In this document: positions 48,901-62,150 of the stretch, one piece after another
How positions within the stretch are numbered: position 1 is the stretch's first letter
How the letters are laid out: each line of letters starts with the position of its first letter
NCBI RefSeq assembly: GCF_024521635.1
Contig: NW_026250436.1
Coordinates: 62,001-126,000 of the forward strand
Reading direction: 5' to 3'
Source of the DNA: Tricharina praecox
Lineage: Eukaryota
Length of the DNA: 64,000 nucleotides
Translations under genes and position numbers: made by a program
The notes under the pieces: generated by a model
What the model was told of the DNA's origin: nothing
Database searches by the model: none
The model's input: only the letters and a program-made list of their open reading frames with translations

Positions 48901-51900
48901 GGGTGGCAAGGCGGCCTATCAGAGGGATCGGCAAATCCGGCTGGCATAGCCTTCCACGGCTGGACGGGACGGATATAATGAGGAGGAGAAGAAGAAGCTC
49001 CACCGTGGACACCCGTAGCCGGTCGGAAACGCCATGATTGCATGTATGTGGCGACTGCGGCGAGACCATTTTCCCTCGGTATCTGTAACGCCCGCCAGTA
49101 GACCGCCCCCTCCCTCTAACTTTCACCACCACCACCATCACTACCACCTCCTCCATCATCATCACCACCTCCTCCTCTGGATCCTCCGCAGCAGAGAGGG
49201 CAGGAAGCCTTGCAATCAATCAATAAGCTCTTACGTATAATTACTATATAGCATTGGTCCTTCCTTCCTTTTGGTGATGGCGACTGGAATTAGCCGCACG
49301 TCAGAACGTTATGGATGGATTATTGTCCAGAACACAGCATGCGACGCGCAGGAAACAAGCAACACCACCCCTCTCCCCCAATGCCCGAATCATCCAGGCG
49401 GTTGCGTTCCTGATCGAGAATTACTGCTGGGATCGCGAGAATCGCTTGCTGGTGTCTGTCGCTGTGGGGGATTTCCACATCCACAATCTTCCTTCTTTGG
49501 GACCGCACTCCCACCTTCCATCTCCTATCTACACTACCTGCCTAGGTATCTATCCATCGGTCCGCTATTGTTATTGCTTCTGTTTCTGTTTCTCGATGTT
49601 TCGATGTTTCGACTATGCTAGTATACTACTACTCTAGATGGTTTCCCTCATATTCCTGGCGCCGCGGCATGCGGGAGGGTAGGGGAGGGGGGTGGATTGG
49701 ACGGGGGACAACCGCTCTTTGCGCAGGGCTGCAGTGGCGATTTCAAGTTTGCAACCCAAGTTACTCAATTCAACCCAACCCCAAGAGTCCAACCTCAAGA
49801 GTCCAGGTCCAAGACTCCGCGGCGACCGAATGGCCCGCATGGCCCGCATGGCCCGCATGGCCGGTCTGGGGCGCGCTGGGCGAAATCTCCGGCTCCCATA
49901 GGGAGTACACCGTACACACCTGGTTCATCGGGGATTTGCCTGGCCATCGGAGATGCGTGAGGTGCGCCTGCCGATTCGATTCGTGTCGCGCTTTGCTTGC
50001 TTTTTTGGTTTACGGGCTATGAACTATGAACTATTGCCTGGGGAAATGGGGATGAGGATGGGGGAATGGAAATGGAAATGGGGCTGTATTGCTGCTACTG
50101 CTACTGCTACTGCTGGTGCTGTGGTGAATTGAATGTTCTGGGGGGATGGAGCAACTCGAGTCTCGGACTCGAGGAGTGCTTGGGACTGGGACTAAGGGTC
50201 TGGGTTCATACTTGACTACATACGAACTTGAAGGGCATGACCCTGACGACGACGACGACAATGATGCTTGGATTGGATAAATGTGTGTGGTCGCCGTCGC
50301 CGTCGCCGGTTCTGATATGTGTTGGACCGTGGTTGCCATTGGAGCTTAGTTATTTTTGCCTTTCCCCGGATTTTCTGGAAGTATGTAGAGCTCGCAGACT
50401 CGCAGTGCGCACATGTATGTAAATAGTACTGTATGTGGGTAATGTACACTAGGTAGAGTACTGTACATGGCATTACATGGAAGCGGAGTGCAGATTCCAA
50501 GTACCATACCTACCAAACCTACATACCTACATCACCTCGCAGCCTTGTAGATACTCGTACCCGTGCACATGTTTTCACCACCGATGACTGCTCACCGATA
50601 ACTGGCCAGCCAAGCGAACCAACTGCCCGTTCATTCCACGACGTACTCTACTCTAGTATTCTATGAGCACACGATCTCGTCACGCCGATGTATGGATGAG
50701 GAGGGGATGGATAAATTGGGGGATGAGGGGGATTCGTCTCGCTCCGTACCCGATCCTTGCCCAGTCCGTGCCCGATCCCGGAGAAGGGGCGCAGAGTGGA
50801 GTGCAGCGGTGGTGGAGCAGAATGGTGGTGGTGGTGGAGCAGAATGGTGGTGGTGGTGGAGAATACAGATCCGGACCAACATCCAACATCGAGCATCGAG
50901 CATAGCAGACGATTGTGGGTTGGGTTGTGGGCTGTGGGGTGCTGTGTGCATGCGCGATGGCGGAGTGATGGAGGGCGACGATGGAGGGCGGAGGCTTCGC
51001 GGGGTTGGCCGAATCATTGGGTCCCCGGCCCTCCCCCCCCGGCTCAACGTTGAACGAATGGGAGGTTTCGGCATGTAGAGTACGGTAGAATATGGTTGGC
51101 ATGGAGGGTTGGCGTGGAAACTGCGCAGACAGAGACAAGACAGAAACAGGGCCGGGCACGGTGCAGCGGTGCAGCGGTGCAGCGGGTCTCGATCTCGCTG
51201 GAAACCTCGTGCATCGGTCGGTTAGGTCGGCCAGCCGGCTTCAGGATCAGGAGCAGGATCAGGAGCAGGATTGAGGCTCAGGAATGAGGATTGCCGCTCT
51301 GCCGCTCTGCCGCTCTGCCGAGTCTGCTGGCCGGGTCTGGACTCTGGACACTGGAGTCGAACTCGGACTGGAATTCTACATAGACGCAGACTTGAACTCT
51401 GGAATCTTCCGCCGAGAAGCTTCCGCCGAGAAGTAACTTTGAAGTCTGAAGACGCCGTGCGGCCTGTCCTGTCCTGTCTAGCCCCCAGTGTCCTGTCCGC
51501 CCAAGGCTGCTCAATCGCATGACTGTTCACTGTCCACTATCCACTGTTCGCCCCCCGGCCCTCGCCTACTGAGCCTACATACAAAGCCTACAAAGCCCGT
51601 AAAGCCTACCAAGCCCGTAAAGCCCACAAATCCCGCCGGCCTCGAGTACGTACGAGCGTACGAGCGATGTGGTAACAAGGTAACAAGGTAACATTGTATG
51701 TAACAGCTTGCGTGGGAGTGTGTTTGGTATTTGCTTCTTTCTTCTTTTTCTTCCTCCTCTTCTACTATCATACAAGGTACTACCGGTACGGTGCTACGGT
51801 ACTACATCATCTCGTTGAACGTTCCCGTTCGAGGTCTGATTCCCGCCAGCCTGCCAGCCAGCCACGGCCTCACAACAGCGTGAGATTGGATACCGGGAGG

Positions 51901-52604
51901 GGCCGGGGGGGGGGGGGGGGAATGGGGCTGCAATTGCATAAGTTTGTGTGCATGTAACAGTCATGCTCATTGCTCTTTGCTCATTGCTCAGCCCATGTGG
52001 TGCGAGGTGCGAGGTGACGTTCTGGCGTTTTTTTTCTCTCGAGCTCGAGAGGGAAAAAGCAAAGAGCAAAAGAGAGGGCCATGGGAGGTGCAGACTCAGT
52101 GGCTATTGGGCAGTGGGCTCTCGGCGGCGGCCAAGGCCGTATGTTACCTACATTGTTGTTCGGCGAAGTTGCACTCCGGTTGGTTGCTGCGGTGCTCGAT
52201 ACGCTACTAGGTGCGAGGTTGGTACCATTAACTGAACAGACGGACAGACAAGCCCGCGATGATGGCGTTCGTTAACCATCATACGGTATTTGAGATGGAA
52301 GGAAGTAGACAGTGAGCACGCAGGAAACGAAACGCTCGCTGGCGGGCTGGTCGACTGGCTGGCTGGGAAACTCGGTACCCGTAGTTACCTGTACCCGTAC
52401 CTGTAGAGTACCTGTAGAGCACGGTGATTGTGATTGTGATGGCTCGTTCTCGTCTCGTCTCGTTTCGTTTCAGCATCTGTACGCTGCACGCATCATCACA
52501 GGTATCTAGTGCCTACATTACATGGAGCACGGTAGAGCACGGTGCCGGTACTCTACGCAAGGTGACACGGCGACACGGTGACGCCCCAATGCCCATCGCA
52601 TCGG

Positions 52605-52653
52605 CCACCACCACCACCACCACCACCACCACCACCACCACCACCACCACCAC
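52605..52653 (+). repeat. (CCA)n microsatellite, about 16 units
   Basis: Read directly from the sequence. Confidence 0.92.
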
Positions 52654-53342
52654 TGCCACTGCCACTGCCACCCCTCACATCCATCCACCTTCCACCCACG
52701 GAGACACGCGCGAGCGAGCGAGCCACGCAGCGAGAATCAGGCACGCCTCGCAGCGCAGCCCGCGGCGTCGATTCCGAATTGCAAAGTCGTCTGTGTAGAG
52801 TACGCACCACCTACTGTGGCTACTCTGGCACCCAACGACGGAAGCAAGTCGAGCTAGACATGTAGCTAACGCGACGGATCGCCCTCCATTGCATGTCTTC
52901 TTTCTCCGCGCATCACATCACATCCCCTCGTCTCCCATCCCCTCGTCTCGTCTCCGCCACCGGCGACTCGAGGACCCCCCTTCCCAAAAGCCGAAACACT
53001 CCTCTCTCTCTCGCGGCTCGCGAGAATACCGTATGTGTGATATGTAGAGTATGCAGTGAGCGTTCACACACGCCATGGTGCTGTGCGCGGCGCGGCCCAT
53101 GCAGATTCCGTGCGGCGCTGTGCGGGCGGCATTGCAATCCGGCGCCGGCGCGGCGAGGGTCATGGTCCACGACGCCGAATAAATACGTAGACCGGGGGGA
53201 TCCCCCGGGAGTTACTGCGTAATGCCCGATCCCTATCCCTATCCCTATCCCTTCTCTCGCTCGCTCGCTCGCTGGCACGCACGCACTTGCGAGTGCCTTC
53301 CTCCTCCTCCTCCATATGTAGATACCCCGGATTTTTAATACT

Positions 53343-53398
53343 CTCTGGCTATGCTATGCATGCTCTGGCTATGCTATGCATGCTCTGGCTATGCTATG
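53343..53398 (+). repeat. 20-bp tandem repeat (CTCTGGCTATGCTATGCATG)x2.8
   Basis: Read directly from the sequence. Confidence 0.95.
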
Positions 53399-54896
53399 TG
53401 GGTACACGCATAACCACCATATGTAGAGTACCCACTCTATCCCTCGGACCCCACACTGACTGACGATCATCACTTCCGTATTCCGTATTCCGTCTAGGTA
53501 TGTAGGTGAACGTCCGGGCACCGCTGCTGCTGGTGCTGCTGCCTGTCTCGTCAAGCCACATCATCTGTAAGAAAGAAAAAAAAGGGAAGGGGGGTATCGA
53601 AGCGGTGCGCTCGCTCGGCTTCACGTAAGTAAGTAAGTCATGCTGCACACTGCCACCCCGCCGCGGCAGGTAACCGCCACTCCCACTCCACTGATAACGG
53701 CCGGTGGCAGGGCACAGGGTGGGAGCCCAGCTGGGAGGGAGGCGCACCCCCCGTTCACGCTTCTCCTCGAGTTGCTCAAAGATATCGACTCTACATATCT
53801 GCTCTACCTAGAAAGATACTCCAACCATCGCACCCCCAGCCAGCCTCGGGGGCCGGGGGCCGGGGTGTAACTACTGGGCATACATAACGCAGCGCAGAAA
53901 GGCTTGTCTTCGTTCGGTCCGCGAAGAAAATCCTCTAAAGGCTACTAGTTTTCGTTAGCTGCTAGCACTAAGAGCTCTACCGAGAGTGCGCTCTCGCTTT
54001 CAACACACACAAACCAAACCAAAACCACAGACGAGAGAGAGAAAATTCCTGCAACGCCATCTCGATACAGGAAGCCATCCGAAACGAAACGATAGCGAAT
54101 CCCCGTCCTCGTCCGCGTACATACGGACCGCCCGCGCCCCAGTACCCGAGTACCAATTTACCTACATACTGCGTGTGAGTACATAACCTATTATTAAGCG
54201 CTGACCACAGTAGTCCAGTGTCCGCAGCCCATTCAAATTTCAATGATTCAACGGTTTTTTTTATCCCGCTCTGAGTCCCGACGGGCTGTTGTGTTATGAC
54301 TGATCCTCAATGCTCAAGTTCATGGCGTGTGCATCACCGTGGTGGTGGTGGTGGTGGTGGTGGTGGTGCGTATCCGCTTCGGGCTGTGCGATGCGAAAAC
54401 GTTTCAGCGCGGGAGGTCGAGATGGGGCCACGCCGCGCCGCCCTATGGCATTGGGATTCGCGATTGGCGTTTGGGATTGCGTTCGTTCCGTTCGTTCGTT
54501 CGGCCACAGCCCCGCTGGGTGGGAGCGAGCCCACCCACCCACCCAACCGGGCGCGCAGTGCGGGCAGGGGGGTCGATATATCTACATGGTCTAGTCTTTG
54601 TGATCACTGGCTACTGGCCACTGGACAGCGCGCGGCAGCGAGTGCCGAGTTCGGTGAGATAGATGCTTACATAAGCAACTAGTCACGAGTGATGGCGAAT
54701 GCATAGATTCCTAGATATTCCTAGATATCTGTATCTGTATCTGTATCCGATGGGGGGTCTGTATGTAGTGCTCTGGGTACTCTAATGCACTCCACACTCC
54801 ACAATCTCTTGCGCCAATGGCCGACTCGACGGGAGGGTTCAAGGGACTTGTTGCTTTGCTTTGCTTTGCTTTTCCCCACAGATATGGATCTTGCTG

Positions 54897-54897
<1 letters not shown>

Positions 54898-54971
<74 letters not shown>

Positions 54972-54972
54972 C
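54898..54972 (+). repeat. (TGCC)n microsatellite, about 18 units
   Basis: Read directly from the sequence. Confidence 0.95.
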
Positions 54973-56077
54973 TTGGTGGTGGTGGGGATGCATGATTACT
55001 CTGCTCGGAGCCTGCTGGAAGCTGGAGGACTGTCCGACTCTCACGCCGCGCGAACTGAAGCCTGAAGGAGGTTTGGGCTGGAAGTCTGGAAATTATTCCT
55101 ACCGTATGTAGATACTGCAGGGTGGGAAGGTAGGAGGGTTTTTGCTTCTTTTTCCTGGAATTTCCTCAGCTCAGCTCATCCACAGCCGCTGCGGCGCTGT
55201 CACTGCAACCGAACGAGCGGGTGAGCGTAGGTATACTGTGGCCATGCCTATAGAGTACTTCTGCAATTCAAGATACCGTATGTATGCACTGATACTGATG
55301 GACAACGAAGTTCGAACCCGAAGCAATCGAATTGCAGACTGATGCAGGATAGCCAGCCACCCAGCCATACTGATTTGCTCGGGGGCAAGGAGGCCAGGGG
55401 GCATACCTATGGTACAAAACCGAGACGAGAAAATGGCTCTTCTTCGCTACACACTACAGTAAAACTACAGTACTACTACCTACAGTACTACAACTGAAAG
55501 TAATGCCGAGTAAAATGAAGTGGAGACCCGACTTGTTTCGGTACGGAAGTTGGCGCAGCGGTAATGAGGCCGTCCCTATGTACGGTACATAAACACAGTA
55601 CTAACCACAGTATACTCACGTCCGAACGGCTCTTTGGCTTGTTTAATTTACATTCAGGTACCGGTACCTGAAGTCCCGGACGGTATCATACGCTATACAC
55701 CTATGCTAGGTATAGGTATGAGTACATGCGGCAGGGTCCATCCGAGCTACTCCTCCTATATCCATATGCGAGCTCCTCATGTCGCCAGAGAGAGAGATAT
55801 CTCGGCGAGCGAGGGCCAAGATAAAATGTTCTTTTCTTTTGTTCGAAACGACTAGGGAAGGTTATCTCCCACCTAATTCAATCAGTAGAGTAGGGGGAAG
55901 ATACGTCCTTGACGTTCGCAGTTCCTGCTCCTGTTTTCTGCCCGCGTCTTTGAGGCGGTCGAAACGCTGCCCCCCTGGTAACTATGCGTGCATGTAGGTA
56001 AAGTACTGTATGTACTCGATCCTCGCCGAAACCCGGGCGATGCGCTGCGCAGTCGTACTCTACTCTACGTATGGGGA

Positions 56078-56262
56078 CGGACGGTAGAGACGGTATGGTA
56101 CGGAATGGCATTGTATGGCATGATACGGACTGTATGGTACGGTACGGACGAAGCAGTATGGTACGGTATGGTAGATACGATACCTACTGTACTCCCCGGA
56201 CGGAACGGTATGGCATCGTATGGTATGGCATGGTACGGGGCCGTACGGTGCGGTACGGATGG
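56078..56262 (+). repeat. Degenerate pentanucleotide satellite (GTATG/GTACG/GCATG)
   Basis: Repeated GTATGGTACGG-type units over about 180 bp. Confidence 0.8.
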
Positions 56263-56934
56263 CAACGACCCCGAAAAGCAAACATGAATCTGCAGGATAA
56301 ACTTTGTTGCGCCTCATGGGTCACGTAAGTATACCTACGTCCTTACTTCTTATGGTATGCATGATACGGTATGGAGTACCCAGGTCGGTACTCCAGATAC
56401 CTCCGCTCCCTTCTTTCTTTCTTTCTTTTTTGTCCTGCCCCCTCGGCCCCCCGTCTGTCCCAGCTACCCTTTGTAGAGAGAGAAAGAAAGAAAAAAAAGC
56501 GCCGACATGCAAGACCGACAGAGAGGAGTACTTAGTTAGAGGATTTAGTTAACTATTCCCGTGTCGACAGACGTAAGACGTTTGGGGCGACCGACCGACT
56601 GCTGCTGCTGCGCAGTGCGGGCCGGGGGGGATGTGTGTGTGTGTGTGTGGTATCTTAGGTATTTTTCATTGGGCGCGTCCGGCGGCGAACAGGTATCAGG
56701 TATGGGATACTTGTAAAGATGGTTGTTGAGGACTGGGTTGCTGTTTTTTTTTCTTCCTTCCTTCTTTTCTGCGAGCTCTTGAGCGTGGGTTTGCTATTTT
56801 TTTTTTGGTTGCTTGGTTGCTTGGTTGCTTGCTTGCCTGGTTGCTTGCTCTCCTTTTCGGCGATGCGACTGGTCGTGAACGTCCTGCGCTAAAGCTCAAT
56901 ATACTTCCCGACCCGGCTGCGACTACGAACGGTG

Positions 56935-56967
<33 letters not shown>

Positions 56968-59900
56968 ATGTTGATGATGATGATGAGGTTAAAGAAGAAG
57001 AGGAAGGAACGAACGAAGGGAGGGAGGCGTGGCGGCGGCGTGGCGGCCTGGTGATGGGGATTTTTTTTTGCTTCTTCGTTCCCAGAATCCCTACTGCTGC
57101 TGCTGCTGCCGGTACTCCTGCTACTGCTGCTGCTGTGTTGCTGATACCTGGTTGGCCGGCGACGAGATGTGGGATGAGGATGTCATGGGATGTTCGGCAG
57201 GCAGGTACATGCTAGTACCTGCCCACTATCTACGTCCCCCCCGTCCCACCGTACACGACAGCGCGGGGTGAGCTACCTAGGTGTGCTGAGTGGATGGATG
57301 CGGCCCCCGACACCGGACGCGGAGACGTGGTGTGTGCTCGTCGTCCACATGTGCCCACTCTACATGCTGTGCCCGCCGTACGTACGTGGGCCTGTGCTTC
57401 CACCGTAGGACTGCCCTTTTGGTGCTTCTGGGCTCTGTTTGCAACACATTAAACTTGCCGGTCCTGCACAATCCCTCAACCGGCACCTTTTCTCCTTCTA
57501 CCGACGTCTGGCTGTCTGTCCATCTGTCTGTCTTTCTGTCTGTCCGCCCGGCTGTCCGAACCATCTCGAACACGAACGAACGGGACGTCGAGACGTTGAT
57601 GTTGAGGAGCTGATGTTGCCTATCAGTCGGGGGCCATCTTTTTTTGTTGGGCCAGGCCTTAGACGGACGTGGACATCCCACACAGTTTCATACGCCGTGG
57701 GGTTTCGGTCATCGGAAATTCGGTACGTACGTACTTGCTCCTTCTAACTTGCATCCTTTCCACTAAAATCTCCACAGGGCGAGCAGCAGCAGCGGAAGTC
57801 AGCAGTTCAGCAGTCAGCAGTCGCCGGCCCCGCGGGGCGGTACGTACAGTACGTACCAACTTCATGGAGCATCGTCACCGCGGAGCTGAGATCACCTGAA
57901 GGGGAAGGGGAGCAAGGCACCAGCAGTGAAGTGTGGGGTTTTCAGTTACACACGGATTCGCAGCTCTTTGCTTTTGGCGGTGGTAGTGGCCGCGGCGTAG
58001 GAATGGGAGACGTCTTTTCCCATTCCTGTACCTCTCGCGTGCCCCCCTTCACTTGATCCCATCGCTATTTCTCCTCCGGCGCTGCTTCTTTTTCCGCCCC
58101 CGCGGCGGGAGTGCGATGGACACTGGTCATGGGCCGCGTGCCCATCTTCTTCATCCATCGCATTCCTAGGCTATACCCCGCCGTGCTCTAGTATCGCACC
58201 GCAGTCATCCGAATCCATTGGCATTTCGTTTCGTTTCGTTTCGTTTGTTCGTCTCTCCCCTCATCCCCGTGCGAAGCGAAAAAACAAAAAGGGTCACTGA
58301 CGCTTACATTTTCTTTCCTTTTTTCAGCTCGGGGATATGGGTTATTTTTTTTTTATTTTTTTATTACCCTCCGCAGTTACACACAAGGATGAGAGGGGTG
58401 AGGGGAGCTTTTGCTTTGTCGCCAGGAACGCGCAGAAGTTCGAATTCGAGATCCGCAACTGACCAGTGACCAGTCGACCCCGCGCGCGAGAGCGGTGAAT
58501 CGGAACCCACCCAAGCCTCTTGAGAGTCTGCTCTTAGTGGAGGAACCGAACAGAATGAAGAAGACGGGGCAGGGGCAGCATGCGGCAGCATGGTGATCTC
58601 CTCCGTCTTGCGCCTTGTGCCACTCGACGTACCTCACCATGTACCGTACCAGCGTTCACTTCCAGGTACGGGTCAGGTGACGACGAAGCAGGCCCCCTCC
58701 CCTCACCCCCTCACCCCCTCCCCCACCTCCACCGCCATTGCCGCGTCGAGCGCATGTGGGGGAGCACCTGGGGGCGTGGGAGGGGGATACGGGTTGGTGA
58801 GGTCTCAGATGCGTGCAACATGTCTCATTTTCGTGGCCATGGTCGAGTCGTCTTCAGATCTGGGTTTCGGCAAGCAGCAGGACAGGACAGGGAAGGGAGG
58901 GGGGTGGGTTTGGTGATGGGGGAAGGTCTGAGCGTTCGTACGTTCGTGCAAACAACCCATCACGTACCCAACACGCAAAAAAGGAAAGAAAGGAAAAAAG
59001 TCCCCGGAACATGGGGCTGGTGGTGATGCGGAGAGTTACGGTATGGCTGGCGGGCACGTGCACAGAGCATGATGTTGCGTTGTGATACAGTGATGTCACG
59101 ATTTGCCCTCTCCACGTCCGTGCGCCACTGTCATCGTGGTCTGTGCTGCGAGAGACAGGGCTGGGATGGGGCTGGAGGCTGGGGGGCTTGGATGGTTCCG
59201 AGGTGCACATCCATCATCTGTATGCACGGATGGTCGCTCGCTCGTGTCATGGGATTTGCCTATGATAGGTTTCGCATCTTAGAGTTCTCTGCATATAAGA
59301 AGGTACCAATACGACCGCGGGCGCGCCGTGGTTGGTATGTAGGTGACCCTGGAGTCTGGACGCACAAAGGAACGGATTTACCATCCGTACTCTACATACA
59401 CACCTACATACGCTGATGAGTGGCCATGGTTCGCCCGGATGCAGCCCCACAGCTTCCCATTCGTTTCTCGTTTCTCTCTCGAATCTCTGCACTCTGCGAT
59501 TTCTCTCTCCTCTTCATCTTCCCGTTCCCCGCAAAAGATCCCGTCCCCTATCCGAAACGAAACACAATCACATGTTTTTTTTCGATGTTTTTCCTCGCTA
59601 TCATTACAAACGCCACAAAAGATATCAACAAAAATATTTTTTCTCACTCCGCTCCCCCCCCACCCCCTCTCGGCGCCCGCGCCAGCTTTTGTTGCGGTAG
59701 GTACCTACATGAATACAGAGATAATTAAACAATAATGCGGACGGCGCTCCCCTCCTCCTCCTCCTCGGATGCAGGCACGAACGAAACGGGAATTCGGAGT
59801 GGGGCTCGGCCTTACCTACTCTACTCTACCTAAGGAAGAGAGTACATTACGGGTGCAATATATTCATCTCCCCCGTTCTGACCGGCAACCGGTGGGGCGA

Positions 59901-62102
59901 GGCGGAGCGGTTGCGAGGGAGGGAGGGATGGGGGGTGGAGATTTGACACCTCTGTAGAGTATGTATGTACATATAATATGTACTCTAGATCTGTGGAATA
60001 CCTAGCGCGCTGCATGTACTCTACGATAAGGGGTGTGCGTGCGAACTGCGAACTGCGAACTGGTGCGAACTGGTGGTGCCGGGATGGTGATAGTGGTGGT
60101 GGTGGTGGTGGTGGTGGAGACATGACCTGACATGTGAGTTCACCGGAGATCACTCGCTTAATTCTGTGCTAACCACCAAACAGACCACAAAAAAACGCCC
60201 CCCCGGACTGCACTGCGAAGAGGCGCTGTCAGAAAACGGGACGAACGGAACGGCTGCTAGCTAGCTACTTGCTTCGCTACTCTGCTAGGGAGCGCTGTGG
60301 CGGAAAAGTGAAAATCTCTGCCAGCTCGTCTAATCCTCCCTGCATTCGATATCTGCATTCTGGGAAGGGAACGGCTGGGCTGGGCCTTGTTCTGGGGGCC
60401 CTGGGAGCCCTGGGGGGGGCGGGCGGGTGGGTGGATGGGGAGGGAGGGAAGGGAAGGGCGCGCGCGCGCGCAAAAGAAAGCGGGTACTGGTGGATCAGGA
60501 AAGTCCCCCGTCCGTTCGTGTCGTGGTCTGGTCCCTGCAGGAGATCAGTGTGGCATTGGAAGTATTGCTACTTACTAACTTTGCTAGGTACTTCAGACTT
60601 CAAACTTCTGGTGGACGCTACCTGTTTGCGGTGTTTTTTTTTAATTGATTTATTACTTTTGTTCTGGACGCGGCGGGGCAGGCTCGAATCACCATTGTCA
60701 TTGCTATTGCTAGGTATTGCTATTGCCATTTCCGTTTCGGTTCTGTTCTGTTTGCGCTGGGATGGATGGATGGATGGATGGATGGCGTGCATACGGGGTC
60801 TGGGGGATGAATGGATGGCGTGCAGCTGGTTTCTCACCCTTCGTCTGTCTGTCGCCGGCGGCGCCGAAGAGGGTTCCTCCTACCTACCTACCTACTCCGT
60901 CCGCCGGGGTGGGAGATTGAGTATATTGGTATATTGGTATATTGGGCCTCAAGTCGAGACAATGGTACCGTACTCTACTCTACGGTGGGCGGGTGGGTGG
61001 GTGGGTGGGATGTTTCAAGATACCCGATAACTACATATCTACATGATAATCTATCTACAGCGTCTGCTGCCGCTGCAGAGTTGCAAACAGAGGTGAGCAC
61101 AGCCGAACGCGTACCCAAGTGGTAGGTATGGTAGGTACTCTACTCGACTCCACCGCTAGTTGGTTGGCTTGCTAATCGTTACATACTATGGAGTATGTAC
61201 ATATCCCATATGTACATACACACCGAGCGGTCCATTCCTTATCCGCCGCTTTGCAAATACGGAGATACTATGCCCCCCCGGTGCACCATCACCATTATCA
61301 CCACCTCCAGATTCTTACCCCGCCATCGAGGGCGCTTTATCGTCGCGGTTCCTCTGACTACGGCTGGGGCTGGCGGGGGGCTGGCGAGGGAGGAGGGGTG
61401 ACTGATGCGTGCACGCATGGAACCACTGCTGCTGGCTGCATGTCCATCGTGTATGATATGTACATGCCGCTTGGGCAAGAATCAAGATATGTCTATCTGT
61501 CTGTCACGACGACAGCTCTGCTCTAGGTACCCGTCTCCTGACGCTACTCCCGGGAGATCTCGAGTCCGAGCGTCCATCTGGATTCTGCCCGCCCCGCCCC
61601 GCCCCGCCCCCGCCCCCGCCCCCAAAGCAGGGCAGGGCAGGGCAGGGCAGGGCAGGGCAGGGCAGGGCGGGCAGAGGAAAGCAAGATAGGCGACTGAATG
61701 AATGACGGGGCTGACTGGGCGGCAGAGACAGGGTTGATTTCGCTATCCATTATGTACCATGCATACTTGCATACATGGCATTGTCTATCTCTCCACCGCC
61801 CACCGCCCACCGCAGCCCCTAGGCCCCCGTACAGGCTCCTGGGTGCGCTTACGTGTTGCGAGTGTGTTGCGAGTGTGTTGCATGCGAGTTGCGTGCTTGC
61901 ATATGTGTGAGTGGGCGTGTGTGGGTGTGTGAGTGTGGTGTGAGTGGGCGTGTGTCGAGATCCGGCCGTTTCTCCATGTTTCCATTTCCGTTTCCGTTGC
62001 TGTTTCCGGTTTGCGATAGGTATGTAGGTATCGGCCGACCGACCCTGAGAACACGCCGGGACCGCAGGCAGAGGCAGGAAGCAGGAAGCAGCGCGAAGCG
62101 AT

Positions 62103-62150
62103 CAGGACCACGACCAGGACCACGACCAGGACCACGACCAGGACCAGGAC
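62103..62150 (+). repeat. 12-bp tandem repeat (CAGGACCACGAC)x3 plus partial copies
   Basis: Read directly from the sequence. Confidence 0.9.

Noticed and set aside
60269..61030. 253-aa ORF
   Set aside because: Non-ATG start; a mosaic of SSR translations (GWMD repeats) with no coding signature.
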